Notes: a model not told the origin generated them from the letters alone. DNA of 64,000 nucleotides from the human T2T-CHM13v2.0 reference genome, Homo sapiens (GCF_009914755.1 NC_060948.1), one strand, 5' to 3'. Positions 1-14,242 are shown, counted from the first letter of the stretch. Numbers and translations are program-made.

Positions 1-395
1 CGGAATGGAATGAATTGGAACGGAATGGACTCGAATGGAATGGAATGTCATGGGATGGCATCAAATGGAATGGCATCAAATGGAATGGAATCGAATGCAA
101 TGGAATGCTATGGAATGGAATGGAATGCATTGGAATGGAATGTCCTCTAATGGAATGGATTCGAGTGGAATGGAATTGAATATAATGGAGTCGAATGAAA
201 TGGAATTGAAAGGAATGGGATCGAATACAATGGAATATACTGGAATGTAACGTAATGAACTCGAATGTAATTGACTGGAATGGAATGTACATGAATGGAA
301 TGTAATCGAATGGAAAGTAATCCAATGGAATAGAATCTAATGCAATAAAATCGACTCAGATAGAGTAGAATGTAATGGAATGGAGTGCAGTGCAA

Positions 396-465
396 TGGAA
401 TGGAATGGAATGGAATGCAATGGAATGGAATGGAATGGAATGGAATGGAATGGAATGGAATGGAA
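396..465 (+). repeat. Purest pentamer tract of the unit: (TGGAA)4 TGCAA (TGGAA)n, n variable between units
   Basis: n=9 here (421-465); n ranges from 5 to 10 in the other units. Confidence 0.9.
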
Positions 466-1191
466 TGGGATGGAATGGTATGGAATGGGTAGTAATGGAC
501 TGGAGTGAAATGGACTGGAAAGGAATGGACTCAAATTGAAAGGGCTCGAAAGGAATGGAGTCAAATGGAATGGTCTGGAATGGAATGAACACGAATGTAA
601 TGCAACCCAATAGAATGGAATCGAATGGCATGGAATAGAAAGAAATGGAATCGAAGAGAATGGAAACAAATGGAATGGAATTGAATGGAATGGGAACGAA
701 TGGAGTGAAATTGTATGCAGTAGAAGAGAATAGAATGGAATGCAAGCGAAAGGAAAGGAATGGATTGGAATGGAATGGAATTCATTGGAATGGAAGGGAA
801 TGTAGTGTAATGGACAGGCCTGGAATAAAGTGGAATGCTACGGTCTCGAATGGAATAAAAATGTATGGAATGGAATGCAATGAAACGGAATCGAATGTCA
901 TAGAATGTAATGGAATGCAAAAAAATGGAATCCAAAATCATTGACTGGAAAGGCTGGGTGTCGAAAGGAATTGACTCCAATGGAATGGAATCGAATGGAA
1001 TGGAAGTGAATAGAATCGAACTAAATCGAATGGAATGGAATTGATAGGAACGGAATGGAAAGGAATGCAATGATTTGGCATGGAATGGAATCGAATGGCA
1101 TCGAATGGAATGGAATGGAATGCAATGGAATGGAATGTATTAGAATGTAATGAACTTTAATGGAATGTACTCGAATGGATTCGACTGGAAT

Positions 1192-1206
1192 GGAATGTTC
1201 TGGAAG
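1192..1206. promoter_or_regulatory. Consensus heat-shock element 1 (gGAAtgTTCtgGAAg), recurring once per unit
   Basis: Exact match to nGAAnnTTCnnGAAn. The motif is seen; HSF1 occupancy is inferred. Confidence 0.55.
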
Positions 1207-1471
1207 TGAATGGACTCCAATGGAATGGATTCAAAAGGAATGGAATCGTACGGAATGGAATCTAATGGAATGCAATTAAATGGAAATGAATCAAATTGAA
1301 TAGCACGGAATTGAATTGAATGGAATGGAATGCAATGGAATCTAATGAAACGGAAAGGAAAGGAATGGAATGGAATGGAATGGGCTGGAATGGAAAGGAA
1401 TCGAAACGAATGGAATGGAATCGAACTGAAGAGACTGGAATGGAATGCACTGGAATGGAAGGGAGTGTAAT

Positions 1472-1486
1472 GGAAGGTTCTCGAAA
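1472..1486. promoter_or_regulatory. Consensus heat-shock element 2 (gGAAggTTCtcGAAa), recurring once per unit
   Basis: Exact match to nGAAnnTTCnnGAAn. Function is inferred. Confidence 0.55.
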
Positions 1487-2511
1487 AAAATGGAATCGAA
1501 TGGAATGGAATTGAATGGAACGGAATAGAGTCGAATGGAATTGAATGGAATGGAATGGACTAGAGTGAAATGGAATCGAACCACAAGGAATGGACAGGAA
1601 TAGAATGGTCTCGAATTGAATGGAATCGTATGGAATGGCATCAAACGGAATGGAATGGACAGCCACGGAATGGAATGCACTCGAATGCAATGGAGTCGAA
1701 ACTAACGGACTGGAATAGAATGGACTCGACTGGTACGGACTCCAATGGAATGGAATCGAATGGAAGGGAATCGAACGGAAGGGAATCGAACGGAATGGAC
1801 TCGAAGGGAAAAGACTGCAATGGAAAGGTCTCGAATGGAATGGAAATTAATGGAATGGAATGGAGTCGAATGAAATGGAGTCAAAAGGAATGGAATCGAA
1901 TGGCAAGAAATCGAATGTAATGGAATCGCAAGGAATTGATGTGAACGGAACGGAATGGAATGGAATCCAAAGGAATGGAATAGAATGGAATGGAATCGAA
2001 TGGAAAGGACTCGAATGGAAATCACTCGAATAGAATGCAATTTAATAAAATAGGATCAAATGTAATGGAATGGAATGGAAAGGAATCGAAACGAAAGGAA
2101 TGGAGACAGATGGAATGGAATGGAACAGAGAGCAATGGTATAGAATGGAATGGAATCATCTGGAATGGAATTGAATGGAATGGAATAATATGAAATGGAA
2201 TGGAATGGAATGGAATGGAATGCCCTTGAATTAAATGGACTGGAATGGAATGGACTCAAACAGAGTGGAATGGAAAGTGTGGAGATAGAATGGAATGAAC
2301 TCCTTTGGAATGGTCTAGTAGGCAATGCAATCGACTGGCAGGGAATCAAAACGAATGTAATCGAATGGATTGGACTGGAATGCAATGGACTCGAATAGAT
2401 TGGAAACGGAATGCAAAGAATGGAATGGAATAGTATGGAATGGAATGGAAAGGAATGGAGTGGAACAGACTAAAGTGGAATGGAATGGACTGGAAAGCAA
2501 TGGACTGGAAT

Positions 2512-2526
2512 GGAACTTTCTTGAAT
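2512..2526. promoter_or_regulatory. Consensus heat-shock element 3 (gGAActTTCttGAAt), polymorphic between units
   Basis: Exact match in 11 units; TTC>TTG or GAA>GGA in 7 units. Confidence 0.5.
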
Positions 2527-3568
2527 GGACTGGAATCAAACGGAATGGAATGCAATGCAATCAAATGGCATGGAATAAAATAGAATGAAAGAGAATCAAA
2601 TGGAATTGAATCGAATGGAATCGAATGGATTGGAAAGGAATAGAATGGAATGGAATGGAATTGACTCAAATGGAATGGACTAGAATGGAATGGATTCGAA
2701 TGGAAGGCAAAGGAATGGAATCTATTGGAATGGACTGTAATGGAATGGAATGGAAGGGATTGGAATGGACTCGAATGGAATGGACTGCAATAGAAAGGAT
2801 TCGAATGGAATGAAAAAGAATTGAATGGAATAGAACAGAATGGAATCAAATCGAATGAAATGGAATGGAATAGAAAGGAATGGAATGAAATGGAATGGAA
2901 AGGATTCGAATGGAATGCAATCGAATGGAATGGAATCGAACGGAATGGAATAAAATGGAAGAAAACTGGCAAGAAATGGAATCGAAATGAATGGAGTGTT
3001 ATGGAACGGACTCAAATGGAATTGAATGTAATAGAATGGAGTGGAGTGGACTCGAATATAATGGACTGGAATGGAATGAAATCACATGGAATGGGAACGA
3101 ATGGAATGGAATGGAAAGGAATGGAATCGAATGGAAAGGAATCGAATGGAAGGGAATGAAATTGAATCAACAGGAATGGAAGGGAATAGAATAGACGGTA
3201 ATGGAATGGAGTCGAATAGAATGGACACGAATGCTCAAATTAAATGAACTCGAATGGAATGGAAACGAAAGGAATGTCATCGAATGGAATTGAATCGATT
3301 GGAATGAAATCGCATAGAATGGAGTGGAATCAAATGGAATTGAATCGAAAGGAAAGGAAGCGAATGGACTGAAATGAAATGGAATGGAATTGAATGGAAA
3401 GTAATGCAATGGAATAGAATGGAACGAAATTTCACGGAATGGAATCAAACTGAATGGAATCAAATCAATGGAATCAAATCAAATGGAATGGAAAGGAATT
3501 GAATGGAGTAGATGGGATTGGATGGGATTGGAATGAAATGTACTGGAAAGGACTCGAATTTCATGAAA

Positions 3569-6500
3569 CGGAATGGAATGAATTGGAACGGAATGGACTC
3601 GAATGGAATGGAATGTCATGGGATGGCATCAAATGGAATGGCATCAAATGGAATGGAATCGAATGCAATGGAATGCGATGGAATGGAATGGAATGCATTG
3701 GAATGGAATGTCCTCTAATGGAATGGATTCGAGTGGAATGGAATTGAATATAATGGAGTCGAATGAAATGGAATTGAAAGGAATGGGATCGAATACAATG
3801 GAATATACTGGAATGTAACGTAATGAACTCGAATGTAATTGACTGGAATGGAATGTACATGAATGGAATGTAATCGAATGGAAAGTAATCCAATGGAATA
3901 GAATCTAATGCAATAAAATCGACTCAGATAGAGTAAAATGTAATGGAATGGAGTGCAGTGCAATGGAATGGAACGGAATGGAATGCAATGGAATGGAATG
4001 GAATGGAATGGAATGGAATGGAATGGAATGGAATGGGATGGAATGGTATGGAATGGATAGTAATGGACTGGAGTGAAATGGACTGGAAAGGAATGGACTC
4101 AAATTGAAAGGGCTCGAAAGGAATGGAGTCAAATGGAATGGTCTGGAATGGAATGAACACGAATGTAATGCAACCCAATAGAATGGAATCGAATGGCATG
4201 GAATAGAAAGAAATGGAATCGAAGAGAATGGAAACAAATGGAATGGAATTGAATGGAATGGGAACGAATGGAGTGAAATTGTATGCAGTAGAAGAGAATA
4301 GAATGGAATGCAAGCGAAAGGAAAGGAATGGATTGGAATGGAATGGAATTCATTGGAATGGAAGGGAATGTAGTGTAATGGACAGGCCTGGAATAAAGTG
4401 GAATGCTACGGTCTCGAATGGAATAAAAATGTATGGAATGGAATGCAATGAAACGGAATCGAATGTCATAGAATGTAATGGAATGCAAAAAAATGGAATC
4501 CAAAATCATTGACTGGAAAGGGTGGGTGTCGAAAGGAATTGACTCCAATGGAATGGAATCGAATGGAATGGAAGTGAATAGAATCGAACTAAATCGAATG
4601 GAATGGAATTGATAGGAACGGAATGGAAAGGAATGCAATGATTTGGCATGGAATGGAATCGAATGGCATCGAATGGAATGGAATGGAATGCAATGGAATG
4701 GAATGTATTAGAATGTAATGAACTTTAATGGAATGTACTCGAATGGATTCGACTGGAATGGAATGTTCTGGAAGTGAATGGACTCCAATGGAATGGATTC
4801 AAAAGGAATGGAATCGTACGGAATGGAATCTAATGGAATGGAATTAAATGGAAATGAATCAAATTGAATAGCACGGAATTGAATTGAATGGAATGGAATG
4901 CAATGGAATCTAATGAAACGGAAAGGAAAGGAATGGAATGGAATGGAATGGGCTGGAATGGAAAGGAATCGAAACGAATGGAATGGAATCGAAGTGAAGA
5001 GACTGGAATGGAATGCACTGGAATGGAAGGGAGTGTAATGGAAGGTTCTCGAAAAAAATGGAATCGAATGGAATGGAATTGAATGGAACGGAATAGAGTC
5101 GAATGGAATTGAATGGAATGGAATGGACTAGAGTGAAATGGAATCGAACCACAAGGAATGGACAGGAATAGAATGGTCTCGAATTGAATGGAATCGTATG
5201 GAATGGCATCAAACGGAATGGAATGGACAGCCACGGAATGGAATGCACTCGAATGCAATGGAGTCGAAACTAACGGACTGGAATAGAATGGACTCGACTG
5301 GTACGGACTCCAATGGAATGGAATCGAATGGAAGGGAATCGAACGGAAGGGAATCGAACGGAATGGACTCGAAGGGAAAAGACTGCAATGGAAAGGTCTC
5401 GAATGGAATGGAAATTAATGGAATGGAATGGAGTCGAATGAAATGGAGTCAAAAGGAATGGAATCGAATGGCAAGAAATCGAATGTAATGGAATCGCAAG
5501 GAATTGATGTGAACGGAACGGAATGGAATGGAATCCAAAGGAATGGAATAGAATGGAATGGAATCGAATGGAAAGGACTCGAATGGAAATCACTCGAATA
5601 GAATGCAATTTAATAAAATAGGATCAAATGTAATGGAATGGAATGGAAAGGAATCGAAACGAAAGGAATGGAGACAGATGGAATGGAATGGAACAGAGAG
5701 CAATGGTATAGAATGGAATGGAATCATCTGGAATGGAATTGAATGGAATGGAATAATATGAAATGGAATGGAATGGAATGGAATGGAATGCCCTTGAATT
5801 AAATGGACTGGAATGGAATGGACTCAAACAGAGTGGAATGGAAAGTGTGGAGATAGAATGGAATGAACTCCTTTGGAATGGTCTAGTAGGCAATGCAATC
5901 GACTGGCAGGGAATCAAAACGAATGTAATCAAATGGATTGGACTGGAATGCAATGGACTCGAATAGATTGGAAACGGAATGCAAAGAATGGAATGGAATA
6001 GTATGGAATGGAATGGAAAGGAATGGAGTGGAACAGACTAGAGTGGAATGGAATGGACTGCAAAGCAATGGACTGGAATGGAACTTTCTTGAATGGACTG
6101 GAATCAAACGGAATGGAATGCAATGCAATCAAATGGCATGGAATAAAATAGAATGAAAGAGAATCAAATGGAATTGAATCGAATGGAATCGAATGGATTG
6201 GAAAGGAATAGAATGGAATGGAATGGAATTGACTCAAATGGAATGGACTAGAATGGAATGGATTCGAATGGAAGGCAAAGGAATGGAATCTATTGGAATG
6301 GACTGTAATGGAATGGAATGGAAGGGATTGGAATGGACTCGAATGGAATGGACTGCAATAGAAAGGATTCGAATGGAATGAAAAAGAATTGAATGGAATA
6401 GAACAGAATGGAATCAAATCGAATGAAATGGAATGGAATAGAAAGGAATGGAATGAAATGGAATGGAAAGGATTCGAATGGAATGCAATCGAATGGAATG

Positions 6501-7136
6501 GAATCGAACGGAATGGAATAAAATGGAAGAAAACTGGCAAGAAATGGAATCGAAATGAATGGAGTGTTATGGAACGGACTCAAAAGGAATTGAATGTAAT
6601 AGAATGGAGTGGAGTGGACTCGAATATAATGGACTGGAATGGAATGAAATCACATGGAATGGGAACGAATGGAATGGAATGGAAAGGAATGGAATCGAAT
6701 GGAAAGGAATCGAATGGAAGGGAATGAAATTGAATCAACAGGAATGGAAGGGAATAGAATAGACGGTAATGGAATGGACTCGAATAGAATGGACACGAAT
6801 GCTCAAATTAAATGGACTCGAATGGAATGGAAACGAAAGGAATGTCATCGAATGGAATTGAATCGATTGGAATGAAATCGCATAGAATGGAGTGGAATCA
6901 AATGGAATTGAATCGAAAGGAAAGGAAGCGAATGGACTGAAATGAAATGGAATGGAATTGAATGGAAAGTAATGCAATGGAATAGAATGGAACGAAATTT
7001 CACGGAATGGAATCAAACTGAATGGAATCAAATCAATGGAATCAAATCAAATGGAATGGAAAGGAATTGAATGGAGTAGATGGGATTGGATGGGATTGGA
7101 ATGAAATGTACTGGAAAGGACTCGAATTTCATGAAA
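3569..7136 (+). repeat. Higher-order unit 2 (3568 bp)
   Basis: ORF track repeats at +3568. (TGGAA)9; markers ggaattaaat (4841) and cgaagtgaag (4994). Confidence 0.95.
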
Positions 7137-10100
7137 CGGAATGGAATGAATTGGAACGGAATGGACTCGAATGGAATGGAATGTCATGGGATGGCATCAA
7201 ATGGAATGGCATCAAATGGAATGGAATCGAATGCAATGGAATGCTATGGAATGGAATGGAATGCATTGGAATGGAATGTCCTCTAATGGAATGGATTCGA
7301 GTGGAATGGAATTGAATATAATGGAGTCGAATGAAATGGAATTGAAAGGAATGGGATCGAATACAATGGAATATACTGGAATGTAACGTAATGAACTCGA
7401 ATGTAATTGACTGGAATGGAATGTACATGAATGGAATGTAATCGAATGGAAAGTAATCCAATGGAATAGAATCTAATGCAATAAAATCGACTCAGATAGA
7501 GTAGAATGTAATGGAATGGAGTGCAGTGCAATGGAATGGAATGGAATGGAATGCAATGGAATGGAATGGAATGGAATGGAATGGAATGGGATGGAATGGT
7601 ATGGAATGGATAGTAATGGACTGGAGTGAAATGGACTGGAAAGGAATGGACTCAAATTGAAAGGGCTCGAAAGGAATGGAGTCAAATGGAATGGTCTGGA
7701 ATGGAATGAACACGAATGTAATGCAACCCAATAGAATGGAATCGAATGGCATGGAATAGAAAGAAATGGAATCGAAGAGAATGGAAACAAATGGAATGGA
7801 ATTGAATGGAATGGGAACGAATGGAGTGAAATTGTATGCAGTAGAAGAGAATAGAATGGAATGCAAGCGAAAGGAAAGGAATGGATTGGAATGGAATGGA
7901 ATTCATTGGAATGGAAGGGAATGTAGTGTAATGGACAGGCCTGGAATAAAGTGGAATGCTACGGTCTCGAATGGAATAAAAATGTATGGAATGGAATGCA
8001 ATGAAACGGAATCGAATGTCATAGAATGTAATGGAATGCAAAAAAATGGAATCCAAAATCATTGACTGGAAAGGCTGGGTGTCGAAAGGAATTGACTCCA
8101 ATGGAATGGAATCGAATGGAATGGAAGTGAATAGAATCGAACTAAATCGAATGGAATGGAATTGATAGGAACGGAATGGAAAGGAATGCAATGATTTGGC
8201 ATGGAATGGAATCGAATGGCATCGAATGGAATGGAATGGAATGCAATGGAATGGAATGTATTAGAATGTAATGAACTTTAATGGAATGTACTCGAATGGA
8301 TTCGACTGGAATGGAATGTTCTGGAAGTGAATGGACTCCAATGGAATGGATTCAAAAGGAATGGAATCGTACGGAATGGAATCTAATGGAATGCAATTAA
8401 ATGGAAATGAATCAAATTGAATAGCACGGAATTGAATTGAATGGAATCGAATGCAATGGAATCTAATGAAACGGAAAGGAAAGGAATGGAATGGAATGGA
8501 ATGGGCTGGAATGGAAAGGAATCGAAACGAATGGAATGGAATCGAACTGAAGAGACTGGAATGGAATGCACTGGAATGGAAGGGAGTGTAATGGAAGGTT
8601 CTCGAAAAAAATGGAATCGAATGGAATGCAATTGAATGGAACGGAATAGATTCGAATGGAATTGAATGGAATGGAATGGACTAGAGTGAAATGGAATCGA
8701 ACCACAAGGAATGGACAGGAATAGAATGGTCTCGAATTGAATGGAATCGTATGGAATGGCATCAAACGGAATGGAATGGACAGCCACGGAATGGAATGCA
8801 CTCGAATGCAATGGAGTCGAAACTAACGGACTGGAATAGAATGGACTCGACTGGTACGGACTCCAATGGAATGGAATCGAATGGAAGGGAATCGAACGGA
8901 AGGGAATCGAACGGAATGGACTCGAAGGGAAAAGACTGCAATGGAAAGGTCTCGAATGGAATGGAAATTAATGGAATGGAATGGAATCGAATGAAATGTA
9001 GTCAAAAGGAATGGAATCGAATGGCAAGAAATCGAATGTAATGGAATCGCAAGGAATTGATGTGAACGGAACGGAATGGAATGGAATCCAAAGGAATGGA
9101 ATAGAATGGAATGGAATCGAATGGAAAGGACTCGAATGGAAATCACTCGAATAGAATGCAATTTAATAAAATAGGATCAAATGTAATGGAATGGAATGGA
9201 AAGGAATCGAAACGAAAGGAATGGAGACAGATGGAATGGAATGGAACAGAGAGCAATGGTATAGAATGGAATGGAATCATCTGGAATGGAATTGAATGGA
9301 ATGGAATGATATGAAATGGAATGGAATGGAATGGAATGGAATGGAATGCCCTTGAATTAAATGGACTGGACTCGAACAGAGTGGAATGGAAAGTGTGGAG
9401 ATAGAATGGAATGAACTCCTTTGGGATGGTCTAGTAGGCAATGCAATCGACTGGCAGGGAATCAAAAGGAATGTAATCGAATGGATTGGACTGGAATGCA
9501 ATGGACTCGAATAGATTGGGAACGGAATGCAAAGAATGGAATGGAATAGTATGGAATGGAATGGAAAGGAATGGAGTGGAATAGACTAGAGTGGAATGGA
9601 ATGGACTGGAAAGCAATGGACTGGAATGGAACTTTGTTGAATGGACTGGAATCAAACGGAATGGAATGCAATGCAATCAAATGGCATGGAATAAAATAGA
9701 ATGAAAGAGAATCAAATGGAATTGAATCGAATGGAATCGAATGGATTGGAAAGGAATAGAATGGAATGGAATGGAATTGACTCAAATGGAATGGACTAGA
9801 ATGGAATGGATTCGAATGGAAGGCAAAGGAATGGAATCTATTGGTATGGACTGTAATGGAATGGAATGGAAGGGATTGGAATGGACTCGAATGGAATGGA
9901 CTGCAATAGAAAGGATTCGAATGGAATGAAAAAGAATTGAATGGAATAGAACAGAATGGAATCAAATCGAATGAAATGGAATGGAATAGAAAGGAATGGA
10001 ATGAAATGGAATGGAAAGGATTCGAATGGAATGCAATCGAATGGAATGGAATCGAACGGAATGGAATAAAATGGAAGAAAACTGGCAAGAAATGGAATCG

Positions 10101-10684
10101 AAATGAATGGAGTGTTATGGAACGGACTCAAAAGGAATTGAATGTAATAGATTGGAGTGGAGTGGACTCGAATATAATGGACTGGAATGGAATGAAATCA
10201 CATGGAATGGGAACGAATGGAATGGAATGGAAAGGAATGGAATCGAATGGAAAGGAATCGAATGGAAGGGAATGAAATTGAATCAACAGGAATGGAAGGG
10301 AATAGAATAGACGGTAATGGAATGGACTCGAATAGAATGGACACGAATGCTCAAATTGAATGGACTCGAATGGAATGGAAACGAAAGGAATGTCATCGAA
10401 TGGAATTGAATGGATTGGAATGAAATCGCATAGAATGGAGTGGAATCAAATGGAATTGAATCGAAAGGAAAGGAAGCGAATGGACTGAAATGAAATGGAA
10501 TGGAATTGAATGGAAAGTAATGCAATGGAATAGAATGGAACGAAATTTCACGGAATGGAATCAAACTGAATGGAATCAAATCAATGGAATCAAATCAAAT
10601 GGAATGGAAAGGAATTGAATGGAGTAGATGGGATTGGATGGGATTGGAATGAAGTGTACTGGAAAGGACTCGAATTTCATGAAA
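7137..10684 (+). repeat. Higher-order unit 3 (3548 bp)
   Basis: (TGGAA)6; 10-bp shorter after cccttgaattaaatggact; one extra pentamer near 9316-9345. Confidence 0.95.
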
Positions 10685-13600
10685 CGGAATGGAATGAATT
10701 GGAACGGAATGGACTCGAATGGAATGGAATGTCATGGGATGGCATCAAATGGAATGGCATCAAATGGAATGGAATCGAATGCAATGGAATGCTATGGAAT
10801 GGAATGGAATGCATTGGAATGGAATGTCCTCTAATGGAATGGATTCGAGTGGAATGGAATTGAATATAATGGAGTCGAATGAAATGGAATTGAAAGGAAT
10901 GGGATCGAATACAATGGAATATACTGGAATGTAACGTAATGAACTCGAATGTAATTGACTGGAATGGAATGTACATGAATGGAATGTAATCGAATGGAAA
11001 GTAATCCAATGGAATAGAATCTAATGCAATAAAATCGACTCAGATAGAGTAGAATGTAATGGAATGGAGTGCAGTGCAATGGAATGGAATGGAATGGAAT
11101 GCAATGGAATGGAATGGAATGGAATGGAATGGAATGGAATGGAATGGAATGGGATGGAATGGTATGGAATGGGTAGTAATGGACTGGAGTGAAATGGACT
11201 GGAAAGGAATGGACTCAAATTGAAAGGGCTCGAAAGGAATGGAGTCAAATGGAATGGTCTGGAATGGAATGAACACGAATGTAATGCAACCCAATAGAAT
11301 GGAATCGAATGGCATGGAATAGAAAGAAATGGAATCGAAGAGAATGGAAACAAATGGAATGGAATTGAATGGAATGGGAACGAATGGAGTGAAATTGTAT
11401 GCAGTAGAAGAGAATAGAATGGAATGCAAGCGAAAGGAAAGGAATGGATTGGAATGGAATGGAATTCATTGGAATGGAAGGGAATGTAGTGTAATGGACA
11501 GGCCTGGAATAAAGTGGAATGCTACGGTCTCGAATGGAATAAAAATGTATGGAATGGAATGCAATGAAACGGAATCGAATGTCATAGAATGTAATGGAAT
11601 GCAAAAAAATGGAATCCAAAATCATTGACTGGAAAGGCTGGGTGTCGAAAGGAATTGACTCCAATGGAATGGAATCGAATGGAATGGAAGTGAATAGAAT
11701 CGAACTAAATCGAATGGAATGGAATTGATAGGAACGGAATAGAAAGGAATGCAATGATTTGGCATGGAATGGAATCGAATGGCATCGAATGGAATGGAAT
11801 GGAATGCAATGGAATGGAATGTATTAGAATGTAATGAACTTTAATGGAATGTACTCGAATGGATTCGACTGGAATGGAATGTTCTGGAAGTGAATGGACT
11901 CCAATGGAATGGATTCAAAAGGAATGGAATCGTACGGAATGGAATCTAATGGAATGCAATTAAATGGAAATGAATCAAATTGAATAGCACGGAATTGAAT
12001 TGAATGGAATGGAATGCAATGGAATCTAATGAAACGGAAAGGAAAGGAATGGAATGGAATGGAATGGGCTGGAATGGAAAGGAATCGAAACGAATGGAAT
12101 GGAATCGAACTGAAGAGACTGGAATGGAATGCACTGGAATGGAAGGGAGTGTAATGGAAGGTTCTCGAAAAAAATGGAAACGAATGGAATGGAATTGAAT
12201 GGAACGGAATAGAGTCGAATGGAATTGAATGGAATGGAATGGACTAGAGTGAAATGGAATCGAACCACAAGGAATGGACAGGAATAGAATGGTCTCGAAT
12301 TGAATGGAATCGTATGGAATGGCATCAAACGGAATGGAATGGACAGCCACGGAATGGAATGCACTCGAATGCAATGGAGTCGAAACTAACGGACTGGAAT
12401 AGAATGGACTCGACTGGTACGGACTCCAATGGAATGGAATCGAATGGAAGGGAATCGAACGGAAGGGAATCGAACGGAATGGACTCGAAGGGAAAAGACT
12501 GCAATGGAAAGGTCTCGAATGGAATGGAAATTAATGGAATGGAATGGAGTCGAATGAAATGGAGTCAAAAGGAATGGAATCGAATGGCAAGAAATCGAAT
12601 GTAATGGAATCGCAAGGAATTGATGTGAACGGAACGGAATGGAATGGAATCCAAAGGAATGGAATAGAATGGAATGGAATCGAATGGAAAGGACTCGAAT
12701 GGAAATCACTCGAATAGAATGCAATTTAATAAAATAGGATCAAATGTAATGGAATGGAATGGAAAGGAATCGAAACGAAAGGAATGGAGACAGATGGAAT
12801 GGAATGGAACAGAGAGCAATGGTATAGAATGGAATGGAATCATCTGGAATGGAATTGAATGGAATGGAATGATATGAAATGGAATGGAATGGAATGGAAT
12901 GGAATGCCCTTGAATTAAATGGACTGGACTCGAACAGAGTGGAATGGAAAGTGTGGAGATAGAATGGAATGAACTCCTTTGGGATGGTCTAGTAGGCAAT
13001 GCAATCGACTGGCAGGGAATCAAAAGGAATGTAATCGAATGGATTGGACTGGAATGCAATGGACTCGAATAGATTGGAAACGGAATGCAAAGAATGGAAT
13101 GGAATAGTATGGAATGGAATGGAAAGGAATGGAGTGGAATAGACTAGAGTGGAATGGAATGGACTGGAAAGCAATGGACTGGAATGGAACTTTGTTGAAT
13201 GGACTGGAATCAAACGGAATGGAATGCAATGCAATCAAATGGCATGGAATAAAATAGAATGAAAGAGAATCAAATGGAATTGAATCGAATGGAATCGAAT
13301 GGATTGGAAAGGAATAGAATGGAATGGAATGGAATTGACTCAAATGGAATGGACTAGAATGGAATGGATTCGAATGGAAGGCAAAGGAATGGAATCTATT
13401 GGTATGGACTGTAATGGAATGGAATGGAAGGGATTGGAATGGACTCGAATGGAATGGACTGCAATAGAAAGGATTCGAATGGAATGAAAAAGAATTGAAT
13501 GGAATAGAACAGAATGGAATCAAATCGAATGAAATGGAATGGAATAGAAAGGAATGGAATGAAATGGAATGGAAAGGATTCGAATGGAATGCAATCGAAT

Positions 13601-14242
13601 GGAATGGAATCGAACGGAATGGAATAAAATGGAAGAAAACTGGCAAGAAATGGAATCGAAATGAATGGAGTGTTATGGAACGGACTCAAAAGGAATTGAA
13701 TGTAATAGATTGGAGTGGAGTGGACTCGAATATAATGGACTGGAATGGAATGAAATCACATGGAATGGGAACGAATGGAATGGAATGGAAAGGAATGGAA
13801 TCGAATGGAAAGGAATCGAATGGAAGGGAATGAAATTGAATCAACAGGATTGGAAGGGAATAGAATAGACGGTAATGGAATGGACTCGAATAGAATGGAC
13901 ACGAATGCTCAAATTGAATGGACTCGAATGGAATGGAAACGAAAGGAATGTCATCGAATGGAATTGAATGGATTGGAATGAAATCGCATAGAATGGAGTG
14001 GAATCAAATGGAATTGAATCGAAAGGAAAGGAAGCGAATGGACTGAAATGAAATGGAATGGAATTGAATGGAAAGTAATGCAATGGAATAGAATGGAACG
14101 AAATTTCACGGAATGGAATCAAACTGAATGGAATCAAATCAATGGAATCAAATCAAATGGAATGGAAAGGAATTGAATGGAGTAGATGGGATTGGATGGG
14201 ATTGGAATGAAGTGTACTGGAAAGGACTCGAATTTCATGAAA
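10685..14242 (+). repeat. Higher-order unit 4 (3558 bp)
   Basis: (TGGAA)9; head resembles units 1 and 5, tail resembles unit 3. Confidence 0.95.

Larger units (their letters stand above)
1..3568 (+). repeat. Higher-order unit 1 (3568 bp; boundary arbitrarily set at window start)
   Basis: Anchor cggaatggaatgaattggaacgg recurs at 3569. Pure tract (TGGAA)9; markers gggtagt and gaacagactaaag. Confidence 0.95.

Noticed and set aside
344-2954. About six AATAAA hexamers per unit on the + strand (344, 824, 854, 2044, 2574, 2949)
   Set aside because: They arise easily from GGAATGGA by two G>A changes. There is no clear downstream GU/U-rich element and no transcript evidence in the sequence.
3457-3481. 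Paired gaatcaaatca resembling a DUX4-type motif
   Set aside because: It mismatches the TAA start of the consensus and is readily explained by CAAAT pentamer variants.
3501-3530. G-rich patch gatgggattggatgggattgg as a G-quadruplex or telomere-like motif
   Set aside because: It has only two GGG runs and no TTAGGG repeats.
3426-3567. Additional HSE-like strings gaaatttcacgga and gaatttcatgaa
   Set aside because: Each has only two correctly spaced nGAAn units, so they were not counted as full HSEs.
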